Shown here one piece after another: positions 63,522-64,000 of a stretch of 64,000 nt of DNA. The stretch comes from Chrysochromulina tobinii. Lineage: Eukaryota. Where the stretch lies: assembly GCA_001275005.1 (NCBI GenBank), contig JWZX01003205.1, forward strand, positions 1 through 64,000, in the 5' to 3' direction. Positions within the stretch are counted from its first letter, which is position 1, and each line of letters starts with the position of its first letter. Under the pieces are notes generated by a model. It saw only the letters and a program-made list of their open reading frames with translations. It did not search any database and was not told the DNA's origin. Made by a program: the position numbers and the translations under genes.

Positions 63522-64000
63522 TCAAATGACCCTCTTGACTTCGAAGAACGATTTGAGATCTGCCGGGCAGAGGGGTGAAGCGGTGCGCTGATCAGCCCAG
63601 GGAGCAGTCGCAAGGCGCGCGGGTCGGGCACGTGCGCAGTGCAATGCGCGGCTCGGGCGCGCCACACATAGGTTCTGCCATACAGTGACCCCAACGAGAA
63701 CGGCGGCCTCGATTAAAGTGAAGTAGAGGAGCCATGTGCGCGTGCTGTGCGTCATCTTAAGCTGCGCCGCATCGTGCTCGCGAATCTCATCTTGCACATC
63801 GCGCACCATGTTCATCGCCTCGTGCAGCTGCGTGGGGGAACATTGGGCGAGGGCACACTCGCACAAGGGTTGGCTGGAGCATGGTGCGAAAGGTGCGCTG
63901 TTGTGGCATGGATGCGAATATCGCGTAGCCTCACGTTTTTAATGCGCTCTTCGATGGGTGAGAGGTGTTCTGTCTTCGCCAGCTTGATCAGGTCCGGCGG
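63522..64000 (-). CDS. emp24/gp25L/p24 (TMED) family protein, 3' part; introns 63828-63934 and 63560-63667
   Basis: Spliced product EHLSPIEERIKNLHEAMNMVRDVQ..RE..T..WLLYFTLIEAAVLVGVTVWQNLYLKSFFEVKRVI. Confidence 0.9.

Overview
GC-rich eukaryotic genomic DNA with compact genes, short spliceosomal introns and many micro-duplications. The style suggests a haptophyte or similar alga (inference only). About 27 protein-coding loci can be supported. I found no rRNA, tRNA, CRISPR array or transposase. Recognisable genes include a standalone CaMKII hub, a PAS protein, a disrupted SpoU methylase, a cNMP-binding protein, GT31, a TTL-like protein, PRMT, a PDZ/UIM protein, TFIIS-N, an alpha-kinase, DDX56, an EF-hand protein, a TrmY-like SPOUT enzyme, GON4L-like, a 2H phosphoesterase, FkbM, Pol iota, a cyclophilin-like protein and p24. 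Three things stand out. (1) A spliced gene at 18646-22726 fuses a putative DNA-binding domain with an NLS, a phage-type self-cleaving intramolecular-chaperone domain (Peptidase G2-like) and a Dicer-type helicase/DUF283/dsRBD module with no RNase III. It is a candidate dsRNA-sensing, self-releasing transcription factor, and lies head-to-head with a giant sacsin-like ATPase-MLLE-PDZ gene. (2) That ATPase gene carries a cluster of introns apparently born by duplication of flanking exon sequence around a reusable cassette. (3) A >2200-codon ORF missing from the ORF track (6679 to <1) looks like a surface polyprotein with internal TM+signal-peptide junctions.
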